Source of the DNA: Ophelia neglecta
Lineage: Eukaryota
Direction: 5' to 3'
Assembly: GCA_965285935.1 (NCBI GenBank)
Contig: OZ260665.1
Coordinates: 26,660,001-26,724,000 of the forward strand
DNA length: 64,000 nt
The number at the start of each line of letters is the position of its first letter. Positions within the stretch are counted from its first letter, which is position 1. Under the pieces are notes generated by a model, which was given only the letters and a program-made list of their open reading frames with translations, did not search any database and was not told the origin of the DNA. This document shows, piece after piece, positions 27,040 to 42,039 of the stretch. Position numbers and translations under genes: made by a program.

Positions 27040-27445
27040 GGTGTCATCTCTGTTCACCGCGATGCCATGCAATGGAATATTTCCATACTGAAAGACATAG
27101 TCCATTTTCTTTACACATTAGTTTTATCATACTCATCTTTAAAAATATCATATTTTAAGCTCTTTGTTGCAGATACAAGTATTGGTTATTTACAAAAGCA
27201 GCTTGCCTTTAATGCTGTATTGTGCTAAAAACCAAGAAACGCATAGCAAATGTTTAGTTCGATCTGACTTGATAGGTGTCTATAGTTTTGTATTAAAGTT
27301 CCGTTATTGTGGCAATGTGAAGAAAATAGATTGTGGAAAACCACTGACCATAGACCGTCCCGACGATACCCTTACTCTCATTAGCATTGGGAATATCACC
27401 ATTATCTTATTGATTGAGTATTGAACGTTTAAAGCACACATGTGA
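27040..27445 (+). mobile_element. Decayed CR1-group RT core and thumb
   Basis: SILKDIVHFLY..FKLFVADTSI, RSDLIGVYSF..GNVKKI, IERLKHT match SILGPLLFLIY..LFADDTSI, N.DL..V..W..LNVKKT, IERV.HT. Confidence 0.55.
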
Positions 27446-27574
27446 CTACATCTCAGCCAAATAAATGCCTGTGCAAAAACATCAAATCGGATGTACTATG
27501 TGGCTATGTTGTAGAAGATGATGGTTACATTATTGGTAAAACTTCAACTATATGGTATACTTCATAAGCTTTTT

Positions 27575-27790
27575 AATAGGAAAATATGATGGAATGTGTC
27601 CGTTCATCCCATGTTCCTCTAGGGACAATTAATCCCCATCCTATTTGCCCACTACACTTATTTCTGGCGTGAATTGACCCATACCTTACTACCTGGTGTG
27701 TGCTGGTGGATAGTGGGATTATCAGCAGTAACACGTTAGGCATTTTAAACCTTTGCTTATTCATTGCAAGTACAAGTAGTATCAACGCCC
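27575..27790 (-). mobile_element. Decayed L2-like C-terminal fragment
   Basis: ORF 27573: KQRFKMPNVLLL..LIVPR..FSY match K.RI.FKVLLL..LVVPR..FSY. Confidence 0.45.
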
Positions 27791-30764
27791 TGAAAGTATT
27801 AACACAATTTATAGCATATTGCGTAGGAAGTTATACCGGACCAAGTCGACTATTTCTTTTCATCGTGTACGAATATTTATTAAATTAAAATTGTAAAACG
27901 GGCTATCTGATAGTAATAGATGAACTCAAACTCAGAGTTTCTTTCCAGCTTGCAATTCGGGACCAAATGTACCTCCCTACATAGAAGAGCCAATACAAAT
28001 CGAAGGCCACAGTTTTTCTCGCTAAATAAATTGCGTTTGGTGGATTGTGGGCGCTTAGACGGGGCTGCTGTTCCCTGAAGAATTTGGACCTACTCGCAGA
28101 TTATTCTGCTATAAAATTAATGCCTTACATTGGATGATTCAGCAGAAAAACTATTCTTAAAGAAGCGAGGCTTTCTATTATACAAAAAATAGAAACTTGA
28201 CTACTCTGGCTTTCAGGAAATACCAGCACTGAATATAAACGAAGTTTGATATATCCGAGGAAAAACTGAAAAAGCGACAACTATACATTGCAACATATAT
28301 ATCAATGTAAATTATCGCTGTTTGCTAAAGTATGGTATACATACACCTTCAGGAAGCACATGCTGGCTTTTAAGATATGGCAATGTTTATATCTACATTT
28401 AATCAACTTTCTAATTCCATGAACAGTCCCATGTATCAAGGTCTCATTGATTTGGGGATAATAAACCTATAATAATTAATACAACCAGTAAAATTTTATT
28501 ATGGTGGGCATTAAATGCATGCAATTTGCCATTTCCGTAGGCATTATATTAAATTGTCGTTACGCTATAATGAATATTTCGAGAATACTAGGAATATTGG
28601 TGAATGGATTTTTTTTATGATCCAACCGCAGATAGGAAACAAATACAAGGAGATAAAACTGCTATTATTCAAGCATCAAATGATAATTTATGGTATAGCA
28701 TTTCAAAGGATTTGTCAGGACCCTGAAACAAATCTCCACAACATTTACATTTGAACTACTCCCTGCTGTGAAATAAATCGACCATATACCCTGGTCGATC
28801 CCATGAAGTAGAAAGGCAATCGAGAACTTGGCTTGTAGCATAAAGCGCATTTAAAATCATTCTATTGAAGTAACCGTAAAGACACAATTACCGTGGCTAC
28901 ATCCTCACGTGTAGTCTGAGTTAATCAATGTATTGTTTACAGGTGCATTAGTATATAATGCGTTAACGTTCCTCAAATCTATCAAGCCTATGCATCGATG
29001 CTGGTCCGCACTATTTTTAGTGTTCCACGTCTTATGATTGGTTCAGTTAGCTTAAGTTCTTTTTTTTTATTAATTCCTCAAAATAACTTCTAGTTTATCA
29101 GCAGTCATATTCGGTTGGATTCGGTTAGAACTATCAGATTGTTCATAATATAAGCCGTAACAATAAGGACAACATGAAAAAAACAAAAAACAAATGTTGT
29201 CCTCTCATAATTATTTGCTGTGCACTACTACACTATAGACATCGATCTATGACGCGTTATTAAACACAAATTAACGATACATTATCAGTTCATGTGTACG
29301 GTAGAGCACCTTAACATGCTATGACTATTGTCTTCGATTCCTCAGCCAGGATAAATAGGTTAAGTAAAACCAGTCAAGGCAAATCTTAAAAAAACACAAA
29401 CGGACTCATAGGAATAAGGTCAGGAGTACAGTATGCCTCTGATTCAATATAACGCAAACGAAAGGATTGTATATGCTTATACGATGAGACTCGTCTGCAT
29501 ATGTCTTGCTGTCGGCGTTTGTATTAATTGGTTGGTTGGAACAAATCAATGGCAATATGGCATGTCTACGGGGCTTACATTGATGTTCAGTAATAAATTC
29601 GTATAAATGTGTTATTGTATGAGTCAGGTCCATTTCCTTTGCTGAATGCTTTTTGATTCATTCTCACAGTGTCTCACATATATGCAGCTGGCAATCACTA
29701 ATGATAAAATAAGGCTTAACTTTTGATCAATATACTTGTTTTGTAGGTCGGGTGTTCATTCCGGCTGCCTTAGTAAAAATGGAGTTGTGATCTTGGTGTC
29801 GGATGATAAGAACATAATTTTTTCCCTACCCAAACCCATTTATAAGCAATTCAAAATTGGGATGAGTGGGTTAGGGTTGGGATTCGCGGTTTACACAGTC
29901 ACATTGATTGGTTTGTACGTAGTCACTCGTAATCTGCGCAACTGTTAATGTTCCTAGGTACCTGCTTACTCAATATTGGACAGTAACATGTTAGTTATGT
30001 AACAAACCAGATAGAAACCAAATCAGACTTCTATCACTCATTTTAGAAACGTTGTTGCAAGGTCCAAATGAACAACAATTTAGTTCAGTTATCTTTGATA
30101 GTTGCAAACATCACTGTTTTGGCCTAAAACGATGACGTTGACCCCACAAATATACCTTCAGCTCAAACTCTAGCTGGCTTACCACTTATGCCAACTATAT
30201 GAAACTTCCCAAAGTTCTGTTTAAGCCCACGCTTGCTTAGTCTTTTTACGAGTCCAATAGTCTTTGAGTACTTTAATAAAATTGACATAAAGGATACGCC
30301 ATAGACAGGGGCAGCAACACTAATATAGGCATGAACCCTTCTACATTCAAAACATAATGGCTCAATGGTCTACTGAAAGTTCAAGGCAAACAATTTCGCA
30401 ATGAAAAGAGTACTATCAAGCAACTTTATAAAAATCTAAATTCATGAAAAAGTAATTTGCCACATTCATATTCCGTGGTTGCTGGGGAATTTGCTTGCAA
30501 TCCAAATGGATTGTATTCATTTTCCTGGAGATTTGATTTTATTGTTCATTTCTATTTTTTATCGCAACATTTTATGCTCTCGGATGAGGTTTTGCAGTGG
30601 ATTCAAGGATGAACTCAATACCCCATCGGTCTGATTTAGATTTAGGGATAAAGAAATCAAGTATTCTGTATTATATCGCTCCTTATTCATCAGGCATTCA
30701 TCAGTACACAAAACAAAGCCATACAAGGTCTACATAAAAATATGGTGTACTCATAATTGTAAAA

Positions 30765-31140
30765 CTATATATGTATTTCTCCCGATAAGGCCTGGAATAA
30801 AGAGGTATGTGAAGGAACCTTGTAATTTATGGAGAACGAAACTCTCATGGGATATTGTCTAAACCTTTTGAAGATTGTCGGGCAGAATACAGGGAGCCGT
30901 TGATAAAAGATTGATTGATTCATTTCAACTAAGTTTATTAAATTGCATTGGTTAGAAATGGTATCCCGTGATAAACATTGTCTTAGAATCATTGCAGTCC
31001 CTAAGAAATCTGACTATAACTTATGCGTGTAAAATTGCAGAAGACGAGTCTGAGAATTGTAGGAGATAGTTCGAACACTTTTTTAATATCACTGTATACA
31101 ATTAATCTTTGCTCAACTGCTTAACTCATACAGTTGCAGG
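30765..31140 (-). mobile_element. Decayed L2-like 3' end of ORF2
   Basis: AVEQRL then QRLPVFCPTIF..YKVPSHTSLFQA match PVEQRI and RAFSV.APTLW..FK..LKTHLF..A. Confidence 0.45.
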
Positions 31141-31909
31141 GCATAGCCTTCCGACTTCGATATGGCAGGAGCTGGAATTACTAGAAAGTGTCTACAGTAA
31201 TATATCCGTAAGTATATGCTGATGAGTCTGATTCTCTGACAGAAGAGAAAAGGATGCTCATGACATATTTTTCTTGGCTCTCGCGCTATTGTTTTTCACA
31301 GAAAGCGATAGCCTAGGGCAAAGAATTATGCCCCAAAAAAGAAAAGGAAGTGATTCGTAACCATACCTCAAAATGAACGCCCGATATTTGATATATCGGC
31401 CTGTCGGTGGAATGGAAATTGGTGCCAGATTAACTACATTGGCCCGATGCGACGGCATAATTGGATGGGGATGTTCGGAGGACAAGGATTTGTAAGTGTA
31501 TAGCCTCACAATTTGATTTTTATTTTACAATGTGCCATGCTTTGCAAATTTGTTTCGCTGTGCTGGTTGCCTAGTTATCTCTCGTGTCTCAGGAGAGCCG
31601 TTTTACAGGGGCAAATAAAAACCAATCATAATTCGTCTTTATACGAGATGAACAGGTTTTGTTCCTAGTGAAAAAGTGTCTCGAAAATCAATATTAGGTA
31701 GGCGTAGGGTTTAACCGTGAAATGAAACGATCGAAACCTTTTCTGATTTAACACTAGTGTAAACGTAACAGAATACCATTTTTAACAGCTATGCCGATGC
31801 ATTTCACACATTATCAAATCCATGCTTGTTGAGAATGCATACTCAGGGGTCCACCAGCGATTAACGAGTGTTAGATGCATGTGAGGAGGATTCAACAGTG
31901 CTACTTGCA

Positions 31910-32110
31910 GCCAGTCAATACAGGGTGTTAGTTAAGAACCCTGCAATAAAGCCTTCCTTTTGTCAATTTCAAGCACTTTCAAACGATTCCTTTCTAAGCA
32001 CTGCTTGTGTAAAAGTTCATCGTATTCCGCTCTGTACCGCGGAGCAACCACGAGTAAATACTGCGTGGCTTAGTAGAGACTGGTACCAAAGGATTTGTGT
32101 AGAGGGATTT
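31910..32110 (+). mobile_element. Decayed L2-like RT N-terminal fragment
   Basis: ORF 31868: VLVKNPAIKPS..FQALSNDSFLSTACVKV..YQ match PLLKKP.LDP..YRPVSNLSFLSK..EKV..YQ. Confidence 0.5.
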
Positions 32111-32889
32111 TAAGTTTGTATGTAACCATCGCAACACGTTTCGGAACACACATAGCGTATAACAACATTTATTATACATTGTGTTCAAATAGGAAGTCAT
32201 ATACAAGTTTGATTTATCTTGACACCGTCACGAAAGTCCAATTTAACGGTGTATTGACCATGAATAGGAAGTTTAATGGGACCTTCAGTTGAGCTTGGCC
32301 TAACTTGAGGGTAAATTGATTTAACTGAAATATTCTTTGCCGCTAAATGGCGCAAGATGGTTCAAGAGGGTCATGTCATATGCATTTAGCTTTTATAATG
32401 AATCATATGCGTCAGCGGTAATCTTGAAGGCGATCTTGGCCTGATTTTCAAGGTCAAGTTCATGTTATTTAACTCCATCCACAATTTACAAAAAGGACGG
32501 GGACGGATCAATTATATCTAATTGACCTCCCTAGTTGACCGTTTGAATTGTGTCATGGAACTATATTTACCATGTTCTAGGACTAGAGCACTTTATAGAA
32601 CTGTATATCATCAATGATAATAAGAAAACTGATATTGAAAGTTGTAGGCATTGAGGTAATTGAGCCTGTTCATGAAGATGTGTATATATTGATTTAGCTG
32701 AAAGGGAATTTGTTGCGTTTTCAAGTGATATCCTTTATAGGTTTCCCTTTTTTATTCTGCATTTCAAGTCTATTTATTGTTTGGGAGCTGGGGATTGATA
32801 TATGTCGCTCTTTTTTGACCGATCCAATGGACTATCCTTGATTAATAATTTTGTTTTATCAGCCGTGTAAAGAAATGTTGACTTATGAC

Positions 32890-33150
32890 TTAAATTGAAT
32901 TATTGTTTTTTTTTATGCGAACATACATACTGAATTAACAGGAGAGTTCCATCTATATCAGTGTGAGCGTTAACAAAGAGTATGGTGATGAATCAATTTA
33001 GAGGTCTTCTTAGCTGAAGAGCTTCGATCTGTATAGCGGATGAGAGTCCTGATGCAGGCAGCGTATTCCGTCTGGGCTAGTTCATTGAAGGCAATTCCAC
33101 ACAGAAAACTTTCAGCGAGGAATACTTTGATCGCACCGTGAGTCTTTTCA
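32890..33150 (-). mobile_element. Decayed L2-like post-RT fragment
   Basis: HGAIKV..ESFLCGI..QTEYAA..HHHTL and IQFK resemble HAL..NSLL.G..QNAA..HITP, I.FK. Confidence 0.4.
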
Positions 33151-33599
33151 GACTTCACAATGGAATGAATGTATTCATCCAATACTTATTTAAGGGCCAA
33201 TAGCCGGTACAAAGAAGCTTAGCTATGTCGAGGGAAAGCAAATGTTGATTTATATCACTGCTTCTTAAACCCAGGCTCAGGGTACAGCCTTCATTAAAGA
33301 ACAAAGGCGGCAACGATCGGAATACCAAACGAATTAATCGGACTGACTGGATATAAATCTTGTTGCCGTAGTTTGTGTCGAGATTCGGTCGCGGAATATG
33401 TTCACATAAGTAAGTAACAATACATGGCATACGAGATTGACGTTTCCATGTGAGTATCTGCTTCTGGAAAGGGTACAATGATGATCTCCCAACCATAGAT
33501 TAATCATAATAGACCAAGTTACAATTTAAGTTACAAAATAATTGGTTTATTCCACCATTTTCAAAAAGAAGTTCTGAACCTACCGTGTTTTCAATATCC

Positions 33600-34610
33600 G
33601 GTCGACATGTTTTGTGTAAGTTGACAAAGTTGAAAACTTGTGATTTGAAACGTCCGCTGAGGGGTAAACATCAGATTAATATGAGCTGTTTGTCTATTCA
33701 AACGCCTGGTGCATGGGGTCGCACAAATTGAGTTAAACATTAGGAATATGTTGTACAATGTGGGCCTAGAGAGAATTTCAATAGGGAATTCCGTCTTCAT
33801 ACAAGAAACTTTTTGGAAATTGAGACATTATTGATCATATGAGATACTAGATTCCATCACCTCGCAATAGGTCTGAAAGTCAAGCAATTGTTGATTTATA
33901 TCTATTCCTCGAGCTAAATACCATGCTTCAACCTCTATAACACCAAAATATCTGTACCAGGGAACAATAAGAATCGTGACCAGAATACAAAATTACATTT
34001 ATCTTACCCCCAAAATGTAAACCATGATAATGGCACAGTGTTTGCTATGTACACATCATACCCTGCGAGTGTGTGTTTTATGATTCTTTTCACAATAATG
34101 TACAAATGTAGTGTATCTTATTTCTTATACGTTTAGATTTAAGCAACAATGAGTTTTGCCTTCCTCTGGAAGGCTACTTCCAGCGGATCCGGAATAAAGT
34201 AACACTATGGACATGTCAGACGAAGCTCAATATTAGTAGCTTAACATAAATGTGTTTGTGCGCAGTTAATCGACATGTTAAACGAAGGGACTAGTAAATG
34301 TATGATTTTAGAGAAGTTTTAAGTACTTTAAATACAATAGTTGTTAGATATGTTTATTGGCAATAGTTGATGGAAAACGGAAAAAAAATAGTCAGGGTTA
34401 CCTTTATTGAAGTAGATTAATGTGTATACCATATTCATGGTAACAGCACAGACCTTAGGACCTATCACATTACCTACCTTAATTATTAAGTACTCCAATA
34501 GCCCCTCTACCCGTTGGAACCACAGCTTGATCAATGCCGCACAAACACCTACAGTTCATTCCGTTGTATACTTTTACCGAGCCAAGCGTATTTCAAATCG
34601 TATATTGTGG
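33600..34610 (-). mobile_element. Decayed L2-like thumb and C-terminal fragments
   Basis: AWLGKSIQRNE, IKVGNVIGP (ORF 34328) and FPIE..YNIFL.FNSI..FTPQRTF (ORF 33591) follow L2 motif order. Confidence 0.4.
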
Positions 34611-37574
34611 AATGTTGTCTAGACTTTCGGAAAAACTTATGATAAAGTTATGTTATTTCTAATATCACAAGTTTTACTAGTTATACTTATGAATAAGGTC
34701 TGGAGATCGGTCTTATATTAGAATTCGATAGGGTTTGATGAATTAAACTGAATTTAATGGGCGAAGCGTCATTGTCTATTTTCATGGGTCTTACGGGTAT
34801 TTAATTTTTAAGCGAAACTTCCGAACTTTGTCAATTGGAAATATGTAGGTTTTGATAACTAGCTCTCCGAACTCCGGCAAGGTATATCAACCGTTTTTAA
34901 TCTATTTACAATATCATCATGATAGTGATCACTTTCAAGCATACTGGAACCTTCGATTATCATAAGTCCACTTCGTCTTTATAACGGCAGGCAACACATG
35001 ACTTCTATATGAGTGACGTAGAACACTTTATCTGATGTAAGTTAATCTGTTAACATGACCATCATCTAGCCTGTAGACAACTCCGTATTGCATTTAGAAA
35101 GGTCGGAGACCTGCCATGTGTTTCTGGCGCCGTGTTCTTTCACTTAGGCAATTCATTAACTAGCAACTCGTCCAATCATGGACCATGTCAACAGAAGACC
35201 CTTGATTTGTTGTCAGCCACAGGACGATGTTCCCTTATTATAAGTTCTATCACATGTGCTCATTGTCAGGCATGGTTTATGTTCAGTGAAGTAGATATGT
35301 GTATTCTTGTGGATGAATGCGTCAAACATAGGATACTTTATAGACTTTTAAGATGGAAGAACGTCACATTAAGAAAATGTCAGCTGCTTATTGATTTCCT
35401 AAATTAACTTTTCAATGCCGATGTTAAGAAAAGAAAGAAGAACTTTGCACAGTAATTGCTACAAGCTAGTATTCATGGATTACTCAAGCATAAATATAAG
35501 TTATTGTTATGACCCAGGGCACGTTGGTTAGCGGTACCGTGAATATCAATGCAAGATAGAAAGAAAAGCGTTTGCAAATGGCCTCAACACACGAGCCAAC
35601 CTGTTCTTCTGTCAGCCATACATGTATAAGTCAAAGTGTGTTAGACTCGGACCTGATTAATTAAACTAGGAGCTTTCTTTGAAAATCACTTTCTCATTAA
35701 CTAGCCCCAATGAACTGGAAGGATGAAGCTGTATTTCAAGCGAAGGATGAAATCTGACCCAAAGTTCAAAGAAAACTAGCTCACGCTTAGCGTATAGTTT
35801 ATTTGTTAAGCACGATATCCATGATTAACCTAAAGTCGAGAGGAATTGATCGATTAAACCTTCTAGATACCAGTCACAATATATACTAAAACGGTCAATA
35901 TTGGTCGTCATAAAACACAGGGTGCTTAACGAAAATGTGCTTAGCTAGAAATCTAACTGTAATTTAATATCGTCAAATGGTGGGATGGAATTTGTTTTAG
36001 CACAGACACTTCGTATATATGAGCTGAAATGGAGTACGTATAGAGTAGAGTGCTTAATATGTGAGGACCATTGATCCGGATATGATGGTTATTGCCTTCG
36101 AGTGAAGATGCGGCGGATGGAATCTCTTGTTGAAGATAAACGTTAGGTTTTTGTTCAATAAAGAGTCGATACGTCTATGTTTATTCCATTCCAATTATAT
36201 GGTAAACCAATGTTCTTTAATAAGTTTTCTGATTCTCTCTGATGATCTTTAAGGCAAATGCTTGCTAAAATTTATTTAGCCATGTATGTTGGTTAATCGT
36301 CAGAATATCGCCTAGCATTCGATTGTGTAAGGACGAGCGGCTTGTGTGGTAAACCTCACAGATATGAAATTTATTGTCCCTTCTTAGTCCTATACCAACT
36401 CGTGCGCGGTCGTTGGCTGGGGGACGGGAAATGCCCGTGTTGCAGTCGAGGCGGCAATGCAGTGTACGTGCAAAAACATTCGCGCCTTGTATTCAGCATC
36501 ACCAACTTAAATAAATTGAATAACGAATAGCAAAAAAAGCAAAACAGCATTGATTTGAAGTTGTGAATTCATCTACATGAGAAGACTTCACATTATGCCT
36601 ATAGAACGTATTGTTATAAGACAATACATTACAAGTTAATCGAAATTCCAAAGACGCCTTTCTGGCTATGCTAAAGTAGCTAAATTAGGTCTGAGTCTGT
36701 TTTGGTTTCACGGTTGTCCTCCATCTGCAAGATAAGACAACACACCGGTATAATGTCGTTTCGTTCGACCAGTTTAACTAAACCAATAATAGCTTACTCG
36801 CAGCGGAAAACTAAACGAAAATTGGTATTTTACTCGATTTCCTTTTTCATCTTCCCATGATGTTGACTCGGGGTTTATTATCATCCCCCTCCCCAACCTT
36901 ATAGGGACCCACATTCCAAACGTTCTCTTCCAAAGCAAACAATTATTGCCAGTATTCTGTTTCGAAGGTTACACGAATGTTATTAGCAACACACAGAACT
37001 CTAGAAATAAAATTCGTTGTTTCAGACAAGTCGAACTTTTGTAGGGACGTAAAAAGAAGAGGGACTTAATACCCGTCAGACAAAGGAAATCTATATATTT
37101 AGAATCAGTTAAAATTACCACGAACCACCTGTGGATGCCCACAAATACCAAACCCGTTACCGACTAATGAAAGTACTTGCAATTTATTATACGAAATTTA
37201 TCACTTACGATCGGAAGTTTATCATGTTGCGAGTCAGAACAAAAAAAAAACGAGTCCATGGTCAACGTAGGACAGAGATAAGATATGATATAGTAGAGTC
37301 TCAGATGGACTAAGCTCCCTTGGCCTAATACCGTTGAGACTAAATATGTAATTGTCTCAATACATACAAGAAAAGAGAATGATGTAAAAGATCACTGCAA
37401 GCTAAAGAGGATTCGGGTATTAACTCTCCTCTGTGGCGCAATAATAAGTTAATTATGAAAATGGTACTAGTCGCATTTCAATTGAGCCCAGGAGGTGCAT
37501 CTAGAGCACATGATGACAAAAAAGTATGATGCTCGTGTCCTATAGCCCTAGGGTGAGGGGATGAGATCAAACGA

Positions 37575-37655
37575 AGCCACTGGATTCTTTAAAGCGATGC
37601 AACTAGATGTGGTGGATGGCGGTGTCGATTTGAACGTGAAACAAAAGGATATTCG
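37575..37655 (+). mobile_element. Possible decayed LINE endonuclease fragment
   Basis: TGFF..DGGVDLNVK resembles GY.F..RGGGV.L..K; short. Confidence 0.27.
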
Positions 37656-38769
37656 TCCCAACCTGGTCTTGTTCAGCATGTTGTACCGAGATATAGTCTA
37701 TTTAACTGTGATGTGATTAGTACTATCCCTGTATAATCGGTTTTAATAGTGCGCCTATTAGAATGTTTAAAGCATAGTTTTGCTGACAAAAGCATTATGC
37801 GTTATATAACAAAACCGGAAACTACTTATTTAAAGGTTTACTAAATCAACCAAAGGGATAACGTCATGTTTAAGGGATCAGAATTAATATTGCACTGTGT
37901 GAAGTACAACTTCTGTCTCAGAATACTTTCTGTGCATTTAGGTTACATGTTAATGCTCTTCTAATAAAGCATTGCAAATAAAAATTCAACACGGTCTTTT
38001 TTTGCATTTTGGGAAAGTTGACAATAATACATAAAAGGTACAGGAACGTCAATATTGTAATAATTCAAAATGGTCGAAGAGAATAACGAATAATGTAACT
38101 ATTGAAATGCGTTAAAGGTGTCAAACTTTAAAGACATCGTCCAATAGGAACGTATCACAGATAGTTTCTTCCTTTAAGATAATCTTAATATCATGAACAT
38201 GATGATTTCAGTGCAGCTATTTTTTTTCGCTTGGCTATCAACCGATAACAGCATTTTTTGTTACAATTAAGTGGAATCGCAGGATTTTACAATGATCCAC
38301 ACTCATCTAAGGGCATGGAGTGAAAAACAATTGCTCCAAAAATTCCATTGTGAAATAAAAGCTGATTTTCTTTACATTTTCTGATACCAATGTGCATTTT
38401 ACTTCCTGCCCCTAGTGTAATTAACAACACCGGAATGATAAGAATAGCAGCCAGCCAAAATCAAATCGTTCCCTCGTTGTGTTTTGATGTCAGCGAAGGG
38501 ATTTAAGACCTCTGTTTTTCTTAACTTTTACTTTAGAGGGAAACTGAGCAAGGGCACATACTTTCATAGCGACACCATATTTAGAAAACTCTGATAGTGA
38601 TCAAGGAATATATTGTAACCTGCTTTAGCTGCTAGTGGAATCCTTATTAAATTTTTTACTTAAAACCGGTGAAAAATGGTAGATTGAGTTCAAAGTAACC
38701 TGCTGCAAGTTTTTCCACATTTACCGCATCAACATGACTGGAATTAGGAGATACCGTTCACATCCCGTC

Positions 38770-39260
38770 ACATCAGCTTATTTTCAACATAAATGGTTGC
38801 TCGAGCATGCAACGCGAATAACAAAGGACATTTCCATCGGCCTTTTTGCGTCTAAAATCACAATTATAGACGTGCTATCAAAATGGATTATAGAGCAGAT
38901 GTTATGTGCTGTCAACATTAACTTCACCAGTTTAATCAGGCAGTAATCGACTTCTTTCACAGACACAACTGTTATTTAATAAGCGCTCGTCAACATGTAA
39001 GCGAAAAGCTCTAAATCCAATTATAAAGGTCAATATGTAGTTAATTTTCATCTACGGTTGATTTAGCATTTTAAAAAGAACCGAATTCATGTTTGATATC
39101 AAGAAAACCTGGTCGAGAGAACACGATGAGATAGGGTATCCATTGATTCTTCTAGTGAGATTTGCCCATGTGTCAGACTTTGCACCGAATCTTTGGGGTT
39201 GATTTGTTTGCTTATACCACCAAGGATGTGAGTCTTATGGCTTTCCTCGGATATAAACAA
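38770..39260 (-). mobile_element. Decayed L2-like RT fragment
   Basis: DSVQSL..ISLEESMDTLSHRVLSTRF (ORF 39099) and YVENKL match DSGQ..LDLSAAFDTLDH.VLL.RL and YADDTQL. Confidence 0.45.
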
Positions 39261-41380
39261 CGAACAACGAAGCCTTAAGGAGAGTGCATTTCCCCTCACT
39301 TTTTGTTTAAGTCAATGCTGTGTTGGGTTTAATTATTAGAAATACGAAAATCAGAGTTTATCCTCGAAATATGTCATTCGCCGAGTTAGAAATGGACATA
39401 GGGCGTTTGCGTATTCGTTTTCGTTTCCTTGTAGAACGAATTACGTTGTTTTTACTTTTTTCCTGATAGTAATAGTTTCGGACCGATTCATTCCTCTACA
39501 GTTTTTTAGGGCTGATTCGGGATTCAAATTACCAGTGAGTTATATCCTCATGAAGGCGGGCAAATAATCCTGTCAAACTTCCGAGGGACATTCGTTCATT
39601 ATTGTTGGAAATAAACATACAAATAATGCTTCGAAGTGATCGGAGTATTGCCGCCGCTAAGTTTCTCATATAATTCTGCTGCTCAGTGAGAAATAGCATG
39701 CAAATGAAGACCATCCACCCACTTTAAAATCGCGATGTGTAGCCATTGGATGGAAATGCCTCATCTAGAGTATCTTGCAAGGCAAACTCTGTATTTTTTA
39801 GAGATAAATGGATATATAGGTGATGCAGTTTATTGACACAATGTGAAACAAGATATAATATATTGTTAGGTACAAAAACATGTAAAGAAAATATTGACTG
39901 TAATAATATTAAGTAATAGAAATTGGCATCGAGGCACGAAAAAAAGGGGAAAGGGAAAAACAGATTATATTGATTTGAACCCCGTCCCCGTCGTTTACGC
40001 TACGCCCAGAGACCACATGATACGATCGTGTTAAAATAATTAGCCTGCCAGCATTACAATATCCTCGTTTACTTTCCTTTATATATGCCCAAATAATATT
40101 CTGCTTATATTCTCATAAGCAGCTGATATTTGGAATATCTTCAGGTGGCTTACAATTGATACAAATTAGCTGACGCTGTATCATTTTAATTTAGGGAACA
40201 ATATAGTATTGTTGGAACCAAATTAAATTTCCTAAAAATATAGAATAGCTATCTAAAAGACTGCACAATATGAATGAATAGGCTAAACCCTCCGTCTATC
40301 TATAATGTCTATATATATATTCTCCAACTTGAAATAGTGGGCTTCCCTATTGTTATACCAATGACAGATAAACTCATATATTGGCCTTTTTGTTTCATTT
40401 AGACCAAATGAAATGAACGATATACCGATTTCGCACGCAAAGAACATTAGTGCCGTGCAAAACCAAAGCGTATTAACTCCCGCTCTTGCGGGCTGATTTT
40501 GATTGAGAAAGGCGAGTCTTACGGTACAAATTGAAACCCGTTATAAGAGCATTCTCAAACGCCATAAAATGTATGCATTAAGTGAAACCTACTAATACAT
40601 CACCACATTCAAATTTCAAGTGATTTAATTCAGTTGAAATATGACATTGAATAGGATACTGCTCTTTGTTTTTTGCGTCGATGTCATTGGAACAATTATA
40701 TGGTAGTGCGTTCCGCCGTTGCCCTAATTATATAATACTGCTTTATGCCTTAGCCGGGCAGCTAAATGCTCCTACAGAATGGTCCATCGGTAAGGCAAAC
40801 ATGCAGTATGTATATGTAAGACGGAAGAAAACAGAAATAAACATAAATACAAGGCTAAAAGGCAGTAATTTTGAATAAGTGAATAAGTAAACAAAAACCT
40901 GAACTTTGCGTACTGCGCCCTGCCTTTGCAGTGCCCACATATTTTGCCCATGGAAAATGCCTTTAAAATGTCAATTTCTAAGAAAATTAACATAGATATC
41001 TAAAGGATCTCGACCGGTAGATTAAAATTGGTGTAAGACATCGAATGTTTGAAGTGTTATAGGTTTCTATCTCTGCACGGCAGACTTAATCTGATGTGAA
41101 TAATCTTGTTCTTATTGGTAGGTGTGTCGCGTACAGACGACTTCCGGGGTGTAACTAGGAGCACTAATGACCTGTCATGAGCTGCTGTCGGCCACTCAAC
41201 CTACCAATGCTTTTCATTACTGAGTGTTCACAATGGCAACCGTCATTATTTAACCTATTTGCTTTCAAATCACATTGGATGTCATTTTCTTTGTTGCGCA
41301 AAATGGTGTAATATGCATATAGTAGCCAGTTTAACTATGCACTCATTTTTTTCAAATCCACTGACAAACATAAAAGAAAT

Positions 41381-41420
41381 AAATACTGTACTGCCATTGC
41401 AAATACTGTACGGCCATTGC
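41381..41420. repeat. 20-bp tandem duplication
   Basis: AAATACTGTAC(T/G)GCCATTGC x2, one mismatch. Confidence 0.9.
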
Positions 41421-42039
41421 CTACGAAATTTATAAAATAAGCAAATCGTCATCTATAAGATATATCAGCTGTTCACACACTTTTAAAACTGATACATTTT
41501 CGTAGTGTACGACTGTTTATGATAGAACTGATCGGTATAGGGGACGGAAATTATCTTGCTAACAAAGAAAAGCTAAAAACCGTTGATGCTTAACTATCTC
41601 CGAACCTGCTCGTGCACAGTGTCGATGATAAAACGACTATATGCTTAGGATTGCATTGCATGCATTTGGTACAAGTGACTTTTGCGGTCTTTCGAAACTT
41701 CAGATTGGTGTATAAAAGCATTAGAACACTTCCTCATATCTTTTATGTTGTTTATTAGCCAACGCACGTGTGAAGAGTCTCTTTGTATTAGTGCAAATGA
41801 AGTTGTTACAATTTGATGAAAATATACTATTCAATACAATTGGGTCTTACTGTCTTTTCAATGAGAACAGTGTGAACGAGTACCATGGAGCCGCGTCATC
41901 GACAATAGTCTTAAGCAGACCGCAAGGTCATAGGAAATCGCCCAAGCTTAGTATTAGGTCCTTTTGTTAGCCAAGCCATCCAGTAGAACTACACTGTCAA
42001 AAGATCGTGATCGATGGGCCTGTCTCATGACCAGAACAA

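Noticed and set aside
38288-38309. Partial match to miR-279 3' portion (GATCCACACTCATC)
   Set aside because: Seed region does not match and no adequate precursor hairpin is evident
39970-40020. tRNA/SINE-like B box (GGTTCAAATC on the minus strand)
   Set aside because: No cloverleaf and no convincing A box or SINE body
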